Of a stretch of DNA of 16,748 nucleotides, positions 15,979 through 16,748 are shown one piece after another. The stretch's first letter is position 1; each line of letters starts with the position of its first letter. Below the pieces are notes generated by a model. That model did not search any database and was not told the DNA's origin. It saw only the letters and a program-made list of their open reading frames with translations. Both the position numbers and the translations under genes were made by a program. Source of the DNA: Promethearchaeota archaeon (GTDB lineage: Archaea > Asgardarchaeota > Lokiarchaeia > Sigyniarchaeales > SOKP01); contig JAEOTR010000069.1 of assembly GCA_016839705.1 (NCBI GenBank), positions 1-16,748 of the forward strand. Reading direction: 5' to 3'.

Positions 15979-16719
15979 ATGAGTTATATTGAGAAAAAAT
16001 ATTATAGCAAAATTCAAGAAATTTTTGAGAGTTTATTAATCTTAGAAAATTCTTTGTTGGATCAATTAGAAAAAAGATCTGTGAAAAACATTAATGAAAT
16101 TGCGAAACTATGTGCTAATTTTAATCATAGTATAAATGTGATTCTTAAAAAGTATTATCCTGAGATAAAAGGTATGAGTGATAAGCTTACAATCAAATCT
16201 GTGTTAAAATTCTACTATGATTTGATTCACAAGTTAACAGATTTAGTAAGAAATATAGAAAATTTTAGGAAGATAGACCAGGAATATTATGATAAATTAA
16301 TAGAGTTTATTAAGGAGAAGAATAACTTAATTTCTGGTAAGTATAAAAGGATCTGTGCTCAGGAATTAACTGCTTTTTATGACCGAAATTCAAGAAATAA
16401 TTTAGAGAAAGTTCTCTTAGAAAAAATCGAACGAAAAAGTAGACAATACTTCACAATTGGTTCTTTGGAAGAGGAAGTTAAGAAAATCGCTGTGTTATCG
16501 GGTGCTGAATCTGTAATCATTATGAATGCTGATCAACTAAGCAAGGAAGAATTAGAATCCGCTCAATCAATAATCATGTTTGACATTGGAGAATTGCAGG
16601 ATTTTAGACAATTAATTAAAATAGGGAATGAAATAAAAAAATATTTAGAATCCAAAAAGTATGAATGTGTCGTTAAAAATGATACTGTAATTACCAATGC
16701 TAAACTCCTTCCTGATTAG
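15979..16719 (+). CDS. Hypothetical protein: helical N-domain plus a C-terminal domain resembling a reduced QueG/RdhA-type fold
   Basis: 246-aa ORF, ATG to TAG, charged and helical. The ORF is well supported; the C-terminal resemblance is by eye only. Confidence 0.75.
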   Translation: MSYIEKKYYSKIQEIFESLLILENSLLDQLEKRSVKNINEIAKLCANFNHSINVILKKYYPEIKGMSDKLTIKSVLKFYYDLIHKLTDLVRNIENFRKIDQEYYDKLIEFIKEKNNLISGKYKRICAQELTAFYDRNSRNNLEKVLLEKIERKSRQYFTIGSLEEEVKKIAVLSGAESVIIMNADQLSKEELESAQSIIMFDIGELQDFRQLIKIGNEIKKYLESKKYECVVKNDTVITNAKLLPD

Positions 16720-16748
16720 GGTAAAAACTTGATTAATATCCATAATAT

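Noticed and set aside
1-16748. CRISPR arrays, tRNA/rRNA genes, transposases, integrases
   Set aside because: I saw no regularly spaced repeats, cloverleaf or rRNA-like segments, or mobile-element motifs; long ORFs account for nearly the whole window.

Overview
AT-rich archaeal window, most likely from an Asgard archaeon (Lokiarchaeia-like). This is inferred from a TFB gene, a stand-alone longin-fold protein and GGAGGTG-type ribosome-binding sites. Left arm (minus strand, in transcription order): an alpha/beta hydrolase, a longin-like protein, a small tail-anchored protein, a three-gene GlpA-like FAD/BFD + NAD(P)H oxidoreductase + DUF1667 module, a non-canonical FAD-linked oxidase with its Fe-S/CCG partner, and the start of another Cys-rich Fe-S gene at the window edge that the ORF track missed. 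Right arm (plus strand): a D-2-hydroxyacid dehydrogenase fused to a ferredoxin domain, the nickel-pincer racemase larA, a polytopic membrane HSL-family lipase, an atypical TFB, a PlsY acyltransferase fused to a CTP-dependent Sec59/Dgk1/Vte5-type lipid kinase, and an orphan protein ending in an apparently degenerate QueG/RdhA-like domain. The best candidate for an undescribed system is the PlsY-lipid kinase fusion, possibly acting with the lipase and the G3P dehydrogenase module in bacterial-type (G3P/acyl) lipid synthesis or salvage. All family calls come from reading motifs by eye; no database searches were run. I saw no RNA genes, mobile elements or CRISPR arrays.
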